Made by a program: the position numbers and the translations under genes. Source: Mobula birostris (taxonomy: Eukaryota). From it: DNA of 64,000 nucleotides. The notes beneath the pieces are model-generated. The model had not been told where the DNA came from. It searched no databases and saw nothing but the letters and a program-made list of their open reading frames with translations. The stretch spans positions 87,997,921-88,061,920 of the forward strand of contig NC_092383.1 in NCBI RefSeq assembly GCF_030028105.1, written 5' to 3'. Of this stretch, positions 1 through 12,732 are shown one piece after another (the first letter of the stretch is position 1; each line of letters starts with the position of its first letter).

Positions 1-900
1 CTGTGGTAATAAATTCCACAAATAAACCATCAAAAATTTCTCCACATTTTTGTTTTAAATAGATGCGCCTCTATCCTGAGGAAGTACCCTCTATTCCTAG
101 GCTCCCCCACCATGGGAAACATCCTATCCATATCTACTGTCTAGGCCTTTCAACATTCGAAAGGTTCCAATCAGATTTCCCCTCATCCTTCTAAATCCCA
201 GCAAGTACAGACCCACAGCTATCAAACATTCCTTGTATGATAACCCTTTCATTCCCAGAATCATTCTTGTGAATCTCCTCTGAACCACCTCCAATGCCAG
301 CACATCCTTTTGTAGATGAGGAGCCCAAAACTGTTCACAATACTCAAAGTGAGGATTCACCAGTGCCTTATAAAGCCTCAGCATCACATTCCTTCTCTTG
401 TATTCTAGACCTCTTGAAATGAATGCTAACATTGCATTTGCCTTCCTCACCACCAACTCAACCTTTAGGTTGTTCTGCACAAGGACTCCGAAGTCCCTTT
501 GCATCTCAGATTTTTGGATTTTCTCCCCATTTAGAAAATAGTCTGCATATTTATTTCTTCCAGCAAAGTGTGTGACCATGCATTTTCCAACATTGTATTC
601 CATTTGCCACTCTCTTGCCCATTCTCCTAATCTGTCTAAGTCCTTCTGCAGCCTATCTACTTCCTCAACACTACCTGCCCCTACGCCAGTCTTCGTATCA
701 CCTGCAATCTTGGCAAAAAGCCACCTATTCCATCATCTAAATCATTGATATACTGCATAAAAAGCAGTGCCAACAGCAACCCCCGCTGAACATCACTAGT
801 CTTAGGCAGCCAACCAGAAAAGGATCCTTTTATTCCCATTCACTGCAGTCTCCTATCAATCAGTCACAACACCATACCTGACAATCTACAACAGTGCAAC
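1..900 (-). mobile_element. CR1-type LINE 3' fragment (RT C-terminal part); duplicate at ~55303-56330
   Basis: ORF 124..603 has KANAMLAFISRG...LYKALVNPHFEYCEQFWAP...QRRFTRMI, characteristic of CR1 ORF2. Confidence 0.85.
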
Positions 901-1290
901 AAGATCATCCACCTGATTTGTTACATTTTTTTCTCTCTGGAGCCTTGCTTTTTAGGCTCTGCCTGTATACAGCGAGGAAGAGGACAGGCAAGTGATCCAA
1001 TTTACCAAAATGCAGTCTGGGCAAGAAACAGCAGGCATTCATTAACATACTGCAGCAGCAGTCCAGAATGTAGGGACCTCTGGTGCTACAGATTATATGG
1101 TGGCGGTAACTGAGCAGGGTATTCTTCAAACAGGGCTGGTTGAAGTCTCCAGCTACAATTGGAAATGTGTCAGGATGGGCTGCTTCTTGTCTGCAGACAC
1201 ATGCAGTGTTGTGGATGCTTGCTTATTGTCGGCCACTGGTGGTGCATGAGCTGCTGTCAGGATCACAGATGATAACTTCCAAAGCAAATA

Positions 1291-2838
1291 CAGGTGTCCC
1301 CCGCTTTTCGAATGTTCGCTTTACAAAACCTCACTGTTACGAAAGACCTACATTAGTACCCTATTTTCACTTTCAGAAGGTGTTTTCACTGTTACGAAGA
1401 AAGGCAGCGCGCGATAAAAGGCAGCGCACACCCTCAGCAGACGCTGTGCCCCGGATTTGGAATGACATTGCTTAAACACGTTGCATTGAGCAGCCATTAG
1501 CAAGATGAGTTCTAAGGTGTCGGAAAAGCCTGAAAGAGCTCATAAGGGTGTTACACTTAGCATAAAGCTAGAAATAATTAAGCGTTTCAATCGTGGTGAA
1601 TGAAGCAAGGACAAAGTGAGTTTGGCTTGTAGAAGTTGACGAAGATGATATTGAAGAGGTTTTAGCATCCCATGACCAAGAACTGATAGATGAAGAGCTG
1701 ATGCAATTGGAAGAGGAAAGGATAACAATCGAAACCGAATGCAGAAAGTGAAGCAACTGTGTGATATTTTTGCTGCAATGATAAAGTACAACTTTAATTT
1801 TGAAAGGGTACGTAGGTTTAGGGGATATTTGCAGGATGGGTTGAGTGCTTACAAACAACTGTATGATAGAAAAATGCTCGAGGCTCAGCAGTCAAGCAAG
1901 CCTTCCACAGCAGACGACAAACCTCAACCTTTGACATCGAGGCAGGCAGTCATAGGAGATGATGAGCCGCCTGCCCTGATCGACGATAAGATGACACCCC
2001 CCCCCGCCCCCGTCCCACCACCCCAACACCCGGGCCCCGGACAGATACTGTACCGATTCGCGAAGATGCCAACGGTGGCAGGAGGCACACAGCACATCTT
2101 TAAGAAAAAAGCCGAAATAGACATGCTAGTTAATTAGGTGCTGCCGACTCGTAATTGTCGGCCCAGATCAGAGGCGATGCAATCGGCAATCGCCTCTGAT
2201 CCGCGCTGACATTTACGTGCCGGGTAGCACCTAATTAATTAGCATGTTTATTTCGGCTTTTTTCTTAAAGATGTGCTGTGTGCCTCCTGGCTACCACTGG
2301 ACCCCTGCGTGCTTCACGGCAATGTATCTGGTCGGCAGCCCGGAGGGTGGGGGCCACTGCACCACCCAGCCTGCAACGACTCAGTCTAACACACCATCAT
2401 CAGTGTGCTCGGCGCTGTTTTCCCAATTCCAATACTACACTATACATACATTATTTCTACTTTATATAGGCTGTGTATTTTTACGTGTTACTTGGTAGAT
2501 TTGGCAGCTTCATAGTTTAAAGGTTACTGGAGAATACGTTTATGCCAACAGCGCTTGCGTGAGATTTTCGCTACGGAGATCTGTGCAGGCAATCGTTGCA
2601 GAGAAGTATTTCTACTTTATATAGGCTGTATCATATCGTTCCTGCTTTTACAATATGTTACTGTTATTTTAGGTTTTATGTGTTATTTGGCATGATTTGG
2701 TAGGTTATTTTTGGGTCTGCGAACGCTCACAAAATTTTCCCATATAAATAAATGGTAATTGCTTCTTCACTTTACGACATTCCGGCTAACAAACCGTTTC
2801 ATCGGAACGCTCTACCTTCAGATGGCGGGGGAAACCTA
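1291..2838 (+). mobile_element. Internally deleted Tigger (pogo/TcMar) DNA transposon; duplicate at ~56721-58268
   Basis: TA-flanked TIRs CAGGTGTCCCCCGC...GCGGGGGAAACCT(A). It has a CENP-B-type HTH start (MSSKVSEKPERAHKGVTLSIKLEIIKRFNRGE*) joined to an acidic C-terminal transposase remnant. Confidence 0.8.
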
Positions 2839-5800
2839 TAGGTTGCTATGCAATTGGTCTTCAGGTGTTCCAAGACGAGAATACACTTGTTCGACAGAAT
2901 CGCCACGTCAGAGCACTGACAAGAACTGACCATCAAACGCACGCCTCCACCCTTTGCCTTACATAAGTCCACACTTCGGTCCATTCTGTAAATCGTAAAT
3001 CCTCTGGCCTGACTGCTGCAGCTGGCCTGTCTAAGTTACGATACAACAAACAATTGAGATTTTTCTCATCTCAGCAGTCTTGTCCTCAGATCCTCCAGTT
3101 TTGTTCTCCAGCAACCACACATTGTCAGCAAGATCCTCACTGTTGCCTTCCACTTCTCTGTCTGCACTGCACTTTCTCTGGAACTGTAATGGGTTATTCT
3201 GCAAAATGATAAAGCGTTTCATTCCCTCAATGCAATGCGTGAATGAAATGATCTGTGCAGATGGAATGCAAAAGAAAGTCTTTTTTTCACAATGCCTCGG
3301 TACATGTGACAATAACAAAACTAATTTCAGCATCAAATCTTATGCAAGTGTAACTCCAGATCTGCAACAATGTGCATGGCCCTTTCAATCTGTCCTTCAC
3401 GATGCCACAGGTAGTTTTATAATCACCACCACATAGAAACATAGAAAACCTACAGCACAATACAGGCTCTTCGGCCCACAATGCTGTGCCGAACATGTAC
3501 ATACTTTAGAAATTACCTAGGGATACCCATAGCCCTCTATTTTTCTTGCACAACTGCCAGAGGACTACACAAAATATCCAAAATACCAGCTGCACAAGCA
3601 TCAATTTTATGTGTTAAGCACCTAAAAGCTTTCCTCCACTTTAATAGAGGTGAATATGGAAAATAAATTTTGAATAATGAATTGAAAAAATATGTTTGCA
3701 GTTCAAGCCTCTGAGTTAGTTCCTGTTGTGTGCAGCATCCTTTTTCTGTGAATGTGTTGACTTTCAGATGAACTGTCAAGCATCAGTCAGCAACAGTTAA
3801 TGTGCTCAAAATGGAACTTGGTTAACATGACCACAGCAAGCTGTGAAGCAGGGTGTATGTCAATGCCTTGTATTCTATGCTGTGTTGCAAGGATATTTGT
3901 TAATTTGTGAGGAAGTGAGAGACCCAGCCCAGGAGATAGAAGCTTGAGGTCTATGAGCCAGTCTCAATAGAACAGAAATAGAGAGGGCCTGGAGTTTTAA
4001 ATTCTTTGGTGTCAACAAGGGCACCAAGTGAAGAGTGGCACACTAGCGTGAAGGGCAGCACGATAACAAAACCATAAGACTAATTTCAGCATCTAAAACC
4101 ATAAGGGCAGGATTAAGCCATTTGGCCCATCAAGACTGCTCTCCCATTTCATCATGGCTGATCCATTATTCCTCTCAGCCTCAATCTCCTGCCTTCTCCC
4201 TATATTTCTTCATGCCCTGACCTATCAAGAATCTATTAACCTCTACCTGTGGCAACAATTCCACAGATTCACCACCCTCTGGCTAAAGAATTTCCTGCTC
4301 ATCCTCATTCTAAATGAACACCCCTCTATTCTAAGGCTGTAACTTCTGGTCTTAGATGCTCTCAGTGTAGGAAACATCCTCTTCACATCAACTCTGTCGA
4401 GGCCTTTAAATATTCGATAGAGTTCAATTAGGTCACCCCTCATTCTTCTGAATTCCAGTGAATACGGGCCCTGAGCCATCAAACACTCTTCATATGAATT
4501 GAGTTCACTTTATTTCTTACTTCCTTCACATACATGAGGAGTAAAAATCTTTACGTTATAGCAAGCTGGTCAATCCTGGAATCATTTTCGTGAACCACCT
4601 TAGAACCCTCTACAATTTCAGCACATCCTTTTGAGGATAAGGGGCTCACATTACGCCAAGTGAGGCCTCACCAGTGCTTTATAAAGTCTCAACATTACAT
4701 CCTTGCTTTTATATTCCAGTCCTCTTGACATGAATGTTGACATTGCATGTAGCAATTTGTGTAACACTGTACGATGCCAGTGATCTGCTTTCAATTCCTG
4801 CCGCTGTCAGTAAGGAGTTTATATGTTTTCCCCATGACCACTTGGGTTTCCTCTGGGTGCTCCAGCTTCCTCCCACAGTTCATAGATGTACGAGTTAGGG
4901 CTTGTAAATTGTGGGCACGCAATGTTGGTGCCGGATATATGGTGTGACCTCCAGGCTGCCCCCAGCACATCCTTGGACTGCGGTAGGAATGGGCGACCAG
5001 TACAAATTGGTGATGCTCTCTTCAGAATCCAAAGACCCATCACTGGAATACTGAATTTCTCTTCAGTAATGTTACTCACTGTGAATTCAAGTTTGTATAT
5101 CCGTATACACGGATAGACAGCACGCAGCTACTAAATTATAAAGTGGTTGTTCTTCACTGAAAAGCAGTGATGCAAAGCTGGTTGTAAGACAAAGGAGCAA
5201 GGACCTGATGGGAAACAATTAATTTTGTTTAAAATGATGAGTTTTAATGCATTATTAAAAGCTGATAATGACAAGGAGATAAAGATTGGAATTCCAGATC
5301 AGTGTATGCCTACTTGATGCATACCTGACTATATAAGCTAGGTTCAAGTCGAGTTGGTGTATTTGCTACTAAAATATTTGCGTTAGTCTTAGCAAAATGC
5401 TGGATCAACTCAGCAGGTCAGGCAGCATCTATGGAGAAGAATAAAGAGACATTTCAGAACTACACCCTTCATCAGGATTCATGAATGGTCTCGCCTGAAA
5501 CATCCTTTATTCCTCTTCATAGATGCTGCCTAATCTGCTTTGTTCCTCTAACTTTTTGTGTGTGTTGTTCTGGATCTCCAGCATCTGAGACATCTTTTGT
5601 GTTTATGGGTTCGGATTAGGCTTGGTTGTACTTGATACGATCTGCATGATATGTGTCAGTGTGATGTCTTTTGTTTTTTGTCAGAACTGATATCGCACAG
5701 CCTATCAGGTTTGCCCTCCAATTTTCTTGAAATGCTTCCTGATCAGGTGAGTAAATATTTTCTTCTGAGTTTAGATGGAGATCAGACTGGCCATGGTTGA

Positions 5801-6932
5801 GTTCACTTGCAATTTTAATTCCCAGCAGAGTTCTACTCCATGAGAAGCCATCAATGAATGAAATGAAATGATGAAGGAAGATTAAGATTTTTATTTCTAT
5901 TGTGCCTTCCACATCCCTTTCAGAATGTTACTAAGATAGTTCACAGATAAAATACTTTTGATGTGTTGTCATTGCTGTAACACAAGAAACTCAACAGCAA
6001 ACATGCACACAGCAAGCTCCCACAAACTTCAATAAAGACCAAGAATTGAGCACTTTATCTAAGGTTGTGGTGGCATTAGAGAGGGTTGATGAGAATTATC
6101 CCAGGAATCAAAGAGTTAATATGCGTGCAATGGGCTGCCTGCGATGGTGGTGGAGGTGGATACAATAGGGTCTTTCAAGAGACTCCTGGACAGATAAATG
6201 GAGCTCAGGAAAATAGAGGGCTATGGATAACCCTAGGTAATTTCTAAGGTAAGGACATGCTTGGCACAGCTTTGTGGGCCGAAGGGCCTGTATTGTGCTG
6301 TAGGGTTTCTATATTTCCATGTTTCTAATACATGAGGAGCAATTGATGTCTATGCATCTCTATTCACTGAAGTTTAGAAGATTTGTTTTTTTATAATGGG
6401 GTGTCTCAGACCAGAGGGCACAGCCTCAGAATTGAGGGACATTCATTTCGAATGGATATGAGGAGGAATTTCTTTAGCCAGAGGATGGTGGAACTGTGAA
6501 ATCCAGAGTCCTTCTTATTGTAGTAGGAGGCCTTTTAATAGCCTTAGAACAAGTAGTTCCAGGGACCAAGTCACTGGGTATATTTAAAGTGCAAGTTGAA
6601 AGGTTTTTGATTAGTAAGGGTGTCAAAGGTTAGGGGAGAAAGGAGGAAAATAGGTTGGAAAGGATAATAAATAAACATGTTGAATGGTGGAGCCTACTCG
6701 ATGGGCTGAATGGCCTAATTCTGCATTATGTCTTATGGTCTTACAACCCGAAAATCTGTTTTAGTGATATTGATGGAGGAATGATGACACTGGACAACAA
6801 ACTTTTTCAAAAGTGTTGCTTCCTCAGAATTTTTTTTGTTTATTATACACTGCTTGAAGATGAACACAAATGTAATTTCAGACTACTTGTATCACATAGG
6901 AATTTGGAGAAACAACAAGTTAACTTTTATTG

Positions 6933-7600
6933 GAGGAGGAGAAGCTGGCAGCGCGATGTAGCGCTCGTGGCCTCTCAGGTGATGGTATCTGTTATCTGTC
7001 AAGTAGGATGCCGTGCACAATTCTGATTTGATGAAGGCAGACGTGAGAGCATGGAGGAACATCTGGTGAAACTTTTGAAATGCCTGTTTCTGTTTCGCTG
7101 TCACCGCTACTGTGTGATCCGAAATCTCCGGATGGGAAGGCCCCAAATCCTCGGCTTTGCTTGTTGCTCGGCGGCCAGGGTGGGGTCAAAGTGCTCGGCA
7201 GAGATGGTGCTCGGTGTCGGAGCGCTGGTCAGAGGCTCAAAGTTTTCGGACGGACTCAGAGTCGGACTGTGGTCAGGTGCTTCCAGAATACTACATTGGC
7301 AAGTTTGCAGCGCTGGAAGCTCATGGCAGGGAGAGTTTCTCCCTTCTACTGTCTGCGTGAGATGTTGGGGCATTGGGACTTTGAGACTTGTTTTTACCGT
7401 GCCCATGGTCTGCTCTTATCAAATTACGATATTGCTCTGCACTGTTGTAACTGTATGTTATAATTATGTGGTTTTTGTCAGCTTTAGTCTTGGTCTGTCT
7501 TGTGTTTCTGTGATATCATACTGGCGGAACATTGTATCATTTTTTAATGCATGCATTTCTAAATGACAATAAACGAGGACTGAGTGTCCTCATAATCTAA
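6933..7600 (+). mobile_element. Unclassified short CpG-rich retroposon with AATAAA and atctaa tail; duplicate at ~62363-63030
   Basis: It ends ...gacaataaacgaggactgagtgtcctcataatctaa. Overlapping ORFs here have no recognisable motifs. Confidence 0.4.
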
Positions 7601-8366
7601 TTGAATATAATGTGTTTAATTGCATAATAGTGCTGATGCTTTGCAATAGTTCAACAAAGTTAAAAATATTTCGTTAATGATTTTCATTTGTACTCAGTGT
7701 CTTAGGCTTCTTGCTTAAGAGTTCAACAATAATTCGCCAGCATTGATGGATTTCAGTTGCCCTGGTATCTTTTCTCCGTGACCGCAATGTCCTGGTGAAA
7801 CCTTTCACCATGCTCGTCACTAACAGCGCCAAGATTTGCAGGGAAGGAGTCTAAATGGGAATGCAGAAAGTGCATCTTTAGTGACATGTTACATTTCATG
7901 GTTTTATATACTTGAAGCATGCTTTCAACCAGCTGCATGTGGCTTGGTGCTCTGTCGATGCCGAGAAAAATTTCAACAAATTCCTTGAATGCCTTCCATG
8001 TGATTTTCTCCGGTCCCACTAGAAATTCTTCAAATTTCCTGTCATTGATGATCTGTCTGATTTGTGGACCAACAAAAATGCTTTCCTTAGTCTTGGCATC
8101 AGTTATTCTGGGAAGCATCTGTCTAAAACTAAACACAAAATAATCTGCAGATGCTGGGATTGTCCTGCCATGCAGTAGCTGTGCCACCCAAGCATGCCTG
8201 GACAAGAGAGGAAACTTTCCAGCTTATATTGCAGGCAACATTCTAATTGACTTGAATTATGAATTGAAGTAATAAGCAAAAGTTTATTAAAAAATGGTGC
8301 ATGATAGGGAAATTTCATGGTGATTTTCATGATCAGTAGCCCAAAATTCATAAGATACACCCAGTG
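7600..8366 (-). mobile_element. Chapaev-like (CMC) DNA transposon remnant; duplicate at ~63030-63796
   Basis: ORF 7753..8205 contains MSLKMHFLHSHLDSFPANLGAVSDEHGERFHQDI...RYQGN and continues through stops as NPSMLANYC*TLK. The terminus is ...gatacacccAGTG. The family name comes from recall of the motif, not a search. Confidence 0.6.
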
Positions 8367-9809
8367 TAATTGGACTGCAACTGGGATAGGTCTCCTCATC
8401 TTTGGAGCAGAGTGCAAAAGGAATGCACAAAGGATAGAAAATGGCAGTGATGGATGTCGTAAAGCATAACAAGAAAACTTAAAGTTTTTGATGTTACCTC
8501 TGATGGAGGTAACATCAGAGGGAACTCAGACGGTTTTCATAAACTAGTAAAATTTAAAAACGCAAAGAGATTTAAAATTCTTCAGTGTACCTCTTCCTAG
8601 AGATGCTGCCTGGCCTGCTGCATTCACCAGCAACTTTTCTGTGTGTTGCGTGTAATACAATTTAACATGATATTTCAGCGATTGGTAGGCTGGCTCAGGG
8701 GAGTGGAGAACACTTGTGGATACTCGATCTATGTCTCTTATCATCATGTACACCTCTATCAAGTCACATCAACAGTAGCGTAGTCTGCAAATTTACTGAT
8801 GTATGTGCCTAGCCACATACACAAGCCTAGAGAGAATAGAGCAGTGGGTCAAGCATACATCCCCCCGAAATTCATCTGTGCCGGCTGTCAACAAGAAGAT
8901 GTCAGGGTTACTGATAGTTGACGACATACTGTGAGTCATATGTCCTGCTTCAGTTCCATCTTTGCAATATATCAAAGTTCAATGTAAATTTATGATCAAA
9001 GTATGAATAGGTCACCATTTCCCATCCTGAGATTCATTTTCTTGCAGGCATTTGCAGTAAATACAAAGAAACACCACAATAGAGTCAATAAAAGACTACA
9101 CACAAAGACAAACAACCAATGTGCATATAAAGACAAACTGTGCAAATAAAAAATATATAAATAAAAGAATGGATAGAGAGAACATAGTTTGCAAAGTCCT
9201 TGAAAAATAAATATTATTGAAAGTATGGGTTGTAAAGTCCTTGAAAGTGAATCAGTAGGTTGTGGAATAGTTCAGTGTTGTGGTGAGTGAAGTTATCCAC
9301 ACTGGTTCAGGAGCCTGATGGTTGAGCATTCATTACTGTTCCTGAACCTGGTGGTGTGGGACCCAAGGCTACTGTACCTCCTTCCGGATAGCAGTGACTC
9401 AGATGCTGAATATTGTCCATCCTGCCACTGAAACAGTAAGGATGAAGAGAACCACAAATAAGAGAAAACATGCAGATGCTGGAAATCCAAGCAACTCACG
9501 CAAAATGTTGGAGGAACTCAGCGGGCCAGGCAGCATCCATACAAAAGAGACCCTTAACCTTGAGTCTGGATGAAGGGCCTGAAACATCAACTTTTTACTC
9601 TTTTCCATGGATGCTGCCTGGTCTGTTGAATTCTTACAGCACTTTGTGTAGGGTGAAGGTAATGCTGTTTTTTTAGCAGCTCCTCTTTCCTCTGTGTGGA
9701 CTTATATTCAGTTAAGAGTCATCTTCCTGTTTCCCCAAACTGGAAACTTGTAACAATATACACAGTAGCATCTGAAAAAGGACATTTGTTAATCTCCCTT
9801 TTTCTGTAT

Positions 9810-9890
9810 CACATTGCAAAGCTATTTGCTAATTTAAGAGGAAATGGTGCAATCCACGACATCTCTTTTTAAAAAAAAGAGGAAGAGCAT
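9810..9890 (+). promoter_or_regulatory. Putative TATA-less leukocyte-type proximal promoter (two GAGGAA PU.1/ETS cores, C/EBP-like TTGCTAAT)
   Basis: AAGAGGAAAT at ~9836 and AAAGAGGAAG at ~9876, with TTGCTAAT at ~9826. All lie within 130 bp of the ATG, and no TATA box is seen. Confidence 0.4.
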
Positions 9891-9934
9891 ATTGTGGACA
9901 CAGTCACTGGAAACTGAGAACCATCACTGGAACA

Positions 9935-9974
9935 ATGCTGTTTGCTGCTCTGCTATTGCTCTCTGTCATCTCAA
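9935..9974 (+). CDS. CD300/pIgR-like receptor, exon 1 (signal peptide MLFAALLLLSVIS)
   Basis: ATG at 9935 in aacaATGc context, 13 hydrophobic codons, then A|gtaaga phase-1 donor at 9975. It joins in frame to the 12421 exon. Confidence 0.85.
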
Positions 9975-10149
9975 GTAAGACTTTCTTTTCACATATGTTG
10001 AACTATAGCATCTAGTTACATATAACCTTAAAAATTGTTAATGCTAACCAGACACGTGATGAAACACTACCGCTGAGAATAAGCAACAGGGATCAGGAAA
10101 GGTGACAATCAATTTTACTTTTCAATACGAGGTGTAGTGAGTTGAGACA

Positions 10150-10460
10150 AAGTTGTGGGGGAGGATTTAGCAAAGAAATTCTATGGAGTACATGCAGCAC
10201 AGAGGGTTTGGTTTTGGCCCAATCTGTCCTCCATTGCTTTGGCGTGGTATTTCTGCCTGTGTGGGTTTCCTCCGGGTGTTCGAATTACCCCACCGTCCCA
10301 CATCCCAAAGATGTACAGCGTGGCAGGATAATTGTCCATGGTAAATTGTAGCTGAGTATCCAGGGGGTGTTGATGGGAGTGTGAGGAGAAGAGAAAGGGA
10401 TTCATGGAAGTGAGTGTTTTATGGTCTGCACAGACTCAGTGAGCTGAAGGACCTGTTTCT
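10150..10460 (+). mobile_element. Abundant SINE (GGGTTTCCTCCGGGTG...TCCCAAAGA core); further copies at ~4770-4990 (-), ~12100-12370, ~18090-18390, ~19130-19320, ~27580-27700
   Basis: Recurrent core and tail motif at each site. Confidence 0.55.
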
Positions 10461-10969
10461 ATGGTTCTTGATCTACAGGTCTGTGAAAATTCCACAACAC
10501 ACTTCACAAACAACAAAGTACTTTTGAAGTGCAAAGTTGTGCAGACAACCCAACAGTCAATTTGTGCATTGCAAACTTCCACAATAGGCAATGCACTAAT
10601 GACTGTCTAGTCCTTTAAGAACTGAGGGCCATCATGTCAGAAAATGAGATTATAGACTGGGTTTGGTATGGTGGGAGACTATTTGGTCCATCTAGTCTAT
10701 AGCAGCTCTTTGTAAGGACTGGTGGGGAATGAAACTGCATAGACCCATAGGGCTGAAATGGCTTCATTTTATGTTGTAATAATAATTAGCCATTGACCTG
10801 GAGAAAGGAACAGAGATTAAGTTACATGAAACGTGTTTATGGAAATACTTTTTTGAGATTCTATAAATTATCAGCATGGTAGTGTTATGGTTCGTGGAGA
10901 TTTACCAGGCTCCTGCCTGGATTAGACATGTTGTACAAAGATGGGTCGAGCGAGTCACTAGACACTAGA

Positions 10970-12070
10970 ATACTACAGCACAGTACAGGCCCTTCGGCCC
11001 TCGATGTTGTGCCAACCCATATATTCCTAAAAAAATTACTAAACCCACACTACCCGTAACCCTCTATTTTTCTTTCATCTATGTGCCTGTCCAAGAGGCA
11101 CTTATATACCCCTAATGTTTTAGCCTCCATCACCATCCCTGGCTTGTTATTCCAGGCACCCACAACCCTCTGTATAAAAAAACTTACCCCTGATGTCTCT
11201 GCCAAACTTCCCTCCCTTAATTTTGTACATATGCACTCTGGTGTTTGTTTATCGTGCACTGGGAAACAGGTACTGACTGTCCACCCCATCTATGCCTCTC
11301 ATAATCTTGTAGACCTCTATCAAATCCTCTCTCTTCCTTTTACGCCCCAAAGAGAAAAGTCGCAGCTCTGCTAACCTTGCCTCATAAGACTTGTTTTCCA
11401 ATCCAGGTAACATCCTGGTAAATCTCCTCTGCACCCTCTCCATAGCTTCCACATCCTTCCTATAATGAGGTGACCAGAAATGAACACAATACTCTAAGTG
11501 TGATCTCACTAGAGATTTGTAGAGTTGCAACATGACCTCTCTACTTTTGAACTCAGTCCCCCTATTAATGAAGCCTAGCATCTCAAAAGGCCTTCTTAAC
11601 TATCCTATCAGCCTGTGCAGCGACCTTGAGGGATGTATGGATTTGAACCCCAAGGTCCCCCTTGACCCTCAAGAGTCAGGGCTCTTCGCTTTGGACTGAA
11701 GGATGATGAGAGGTGACATGATAGAGGTGTACAAGATGATAAGAGGCATTGATCAAGTGGACAGTTGCAGACTTCTTCCCAGTGCTGAATTGGCTGATAC
11801 AAGGGGCAGAATTTTAAGATTATTGGTGGAAGGAATAGGGGGGCCGTCAGGGGTAGATTATTTTTAAACATAAAGTGAGTGTTGCATGGAATGCCCTGCT
11901 AGGGTTGATAGTAGAGCAGGTACATAAAAGACATTTAAGAAACTCTCAGATAGACACATTGATGATAGGGAAAACATGGAGAGCTGCGTAGGGTTAGATT
12001 GATCTTAGAGTAGATTAAAAGCTTGGCACAACATGGTGGGCCAAAGGATCTGTATGGTACTGTAGTGTTC
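10970..12070. mobile_element. Two CR1-type LINE 3' fragments (minus ~10970-11620, plus ~11700-12070)
   Basis: ORFs 11249..11581 and 11050..11289 have LVRSHLEYCVHFWSP and QRVVGAWN motifs. The plus-strand piece has a matching CR1 3' tail. Confidence 0.8.
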
Positions 12071-12420
12071 TATGTGCGATGCAATGCTATTACAATGCTA
12101 GCAATCCAGGTTCAATTTCGCCACTGTCTCCACTGTGCTGTACTATTCTATATTCTACGTATCACTATTACAGCACTAGCGATCCAGGTTCAATTCCCAA
12201 TGCTGTCGGTAAAGCATTTGTACATCGTCCTTGTGATCACTAGGTTTCCTCCACGTGCTCTGGTTTCATTCCACGTTCTAAAGACATACAAGTTCGTAGG
12301 TCAATTGATCACGTGTACAATTCGGCTGCGCGGGCTCATTGGGCCAGTAGGGCCTGTTACTGTAAATAAAACAAAATCAATCAATAAAAATTAATTTTTT
12401 TACTTTAATTTTACTGACAG

Positions 12421-12732
12421 AATCGTTGGCACGAGATCACACAATGGTGGTACGAGCAGGAGTGGGAGAAACAGTCACAGTGCGATGTTCACCTGTAGAG
12501 AAATGGGGAACCATAGTTTGGTGTAAAACAAACAATCAAAGGAGATGCAGTCCAGTAATGGATACGGAGAAATACAGTTACCATCCAAGAATATCAATCA
12601 GAAGACACACAAGATCTATTGTTGTAACCACAAGACAACTTATGGAGAGTGATTCAGGGATATACTGGTGTGGACGTTTAGACGGAAAATATATTGACAT
12701 ATCAGACATTGTAATGCTGAAGGTTACCGCAG
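12421..12732 (+). CDS. CD300/pIgR-like receptor, exon 2 (Ig V domain 1)
   Basis: Pyrimidine-rich ...ttactgacag acceptor and G|gtaagg donor, phase 1-1. The translation has V-set motifs TVTVRC, VWCKTNNQRRC (the extra C-C' cysteine pair typical of CD300/pIgR/TREM) and DSGIYWCG. Confidence 0.92.

Larger units (their letters stand above)
1..8570 (+). repeat. Segmental tandem duplication, copy 1 of the visible overlap
   Basis: The sequence and all ORF-track ORFs recur at an offset of 55430-55431 (e.g. 7753..8205 equals 63183..63635). Confidence 0.98.

Noticed and set aside
7051-7566. Several overlapping ORFs of 65-171 aa on both strands
   Set aside because: GC-rich repeat sequence with few stops, no recognisable motifs and no exon structure.
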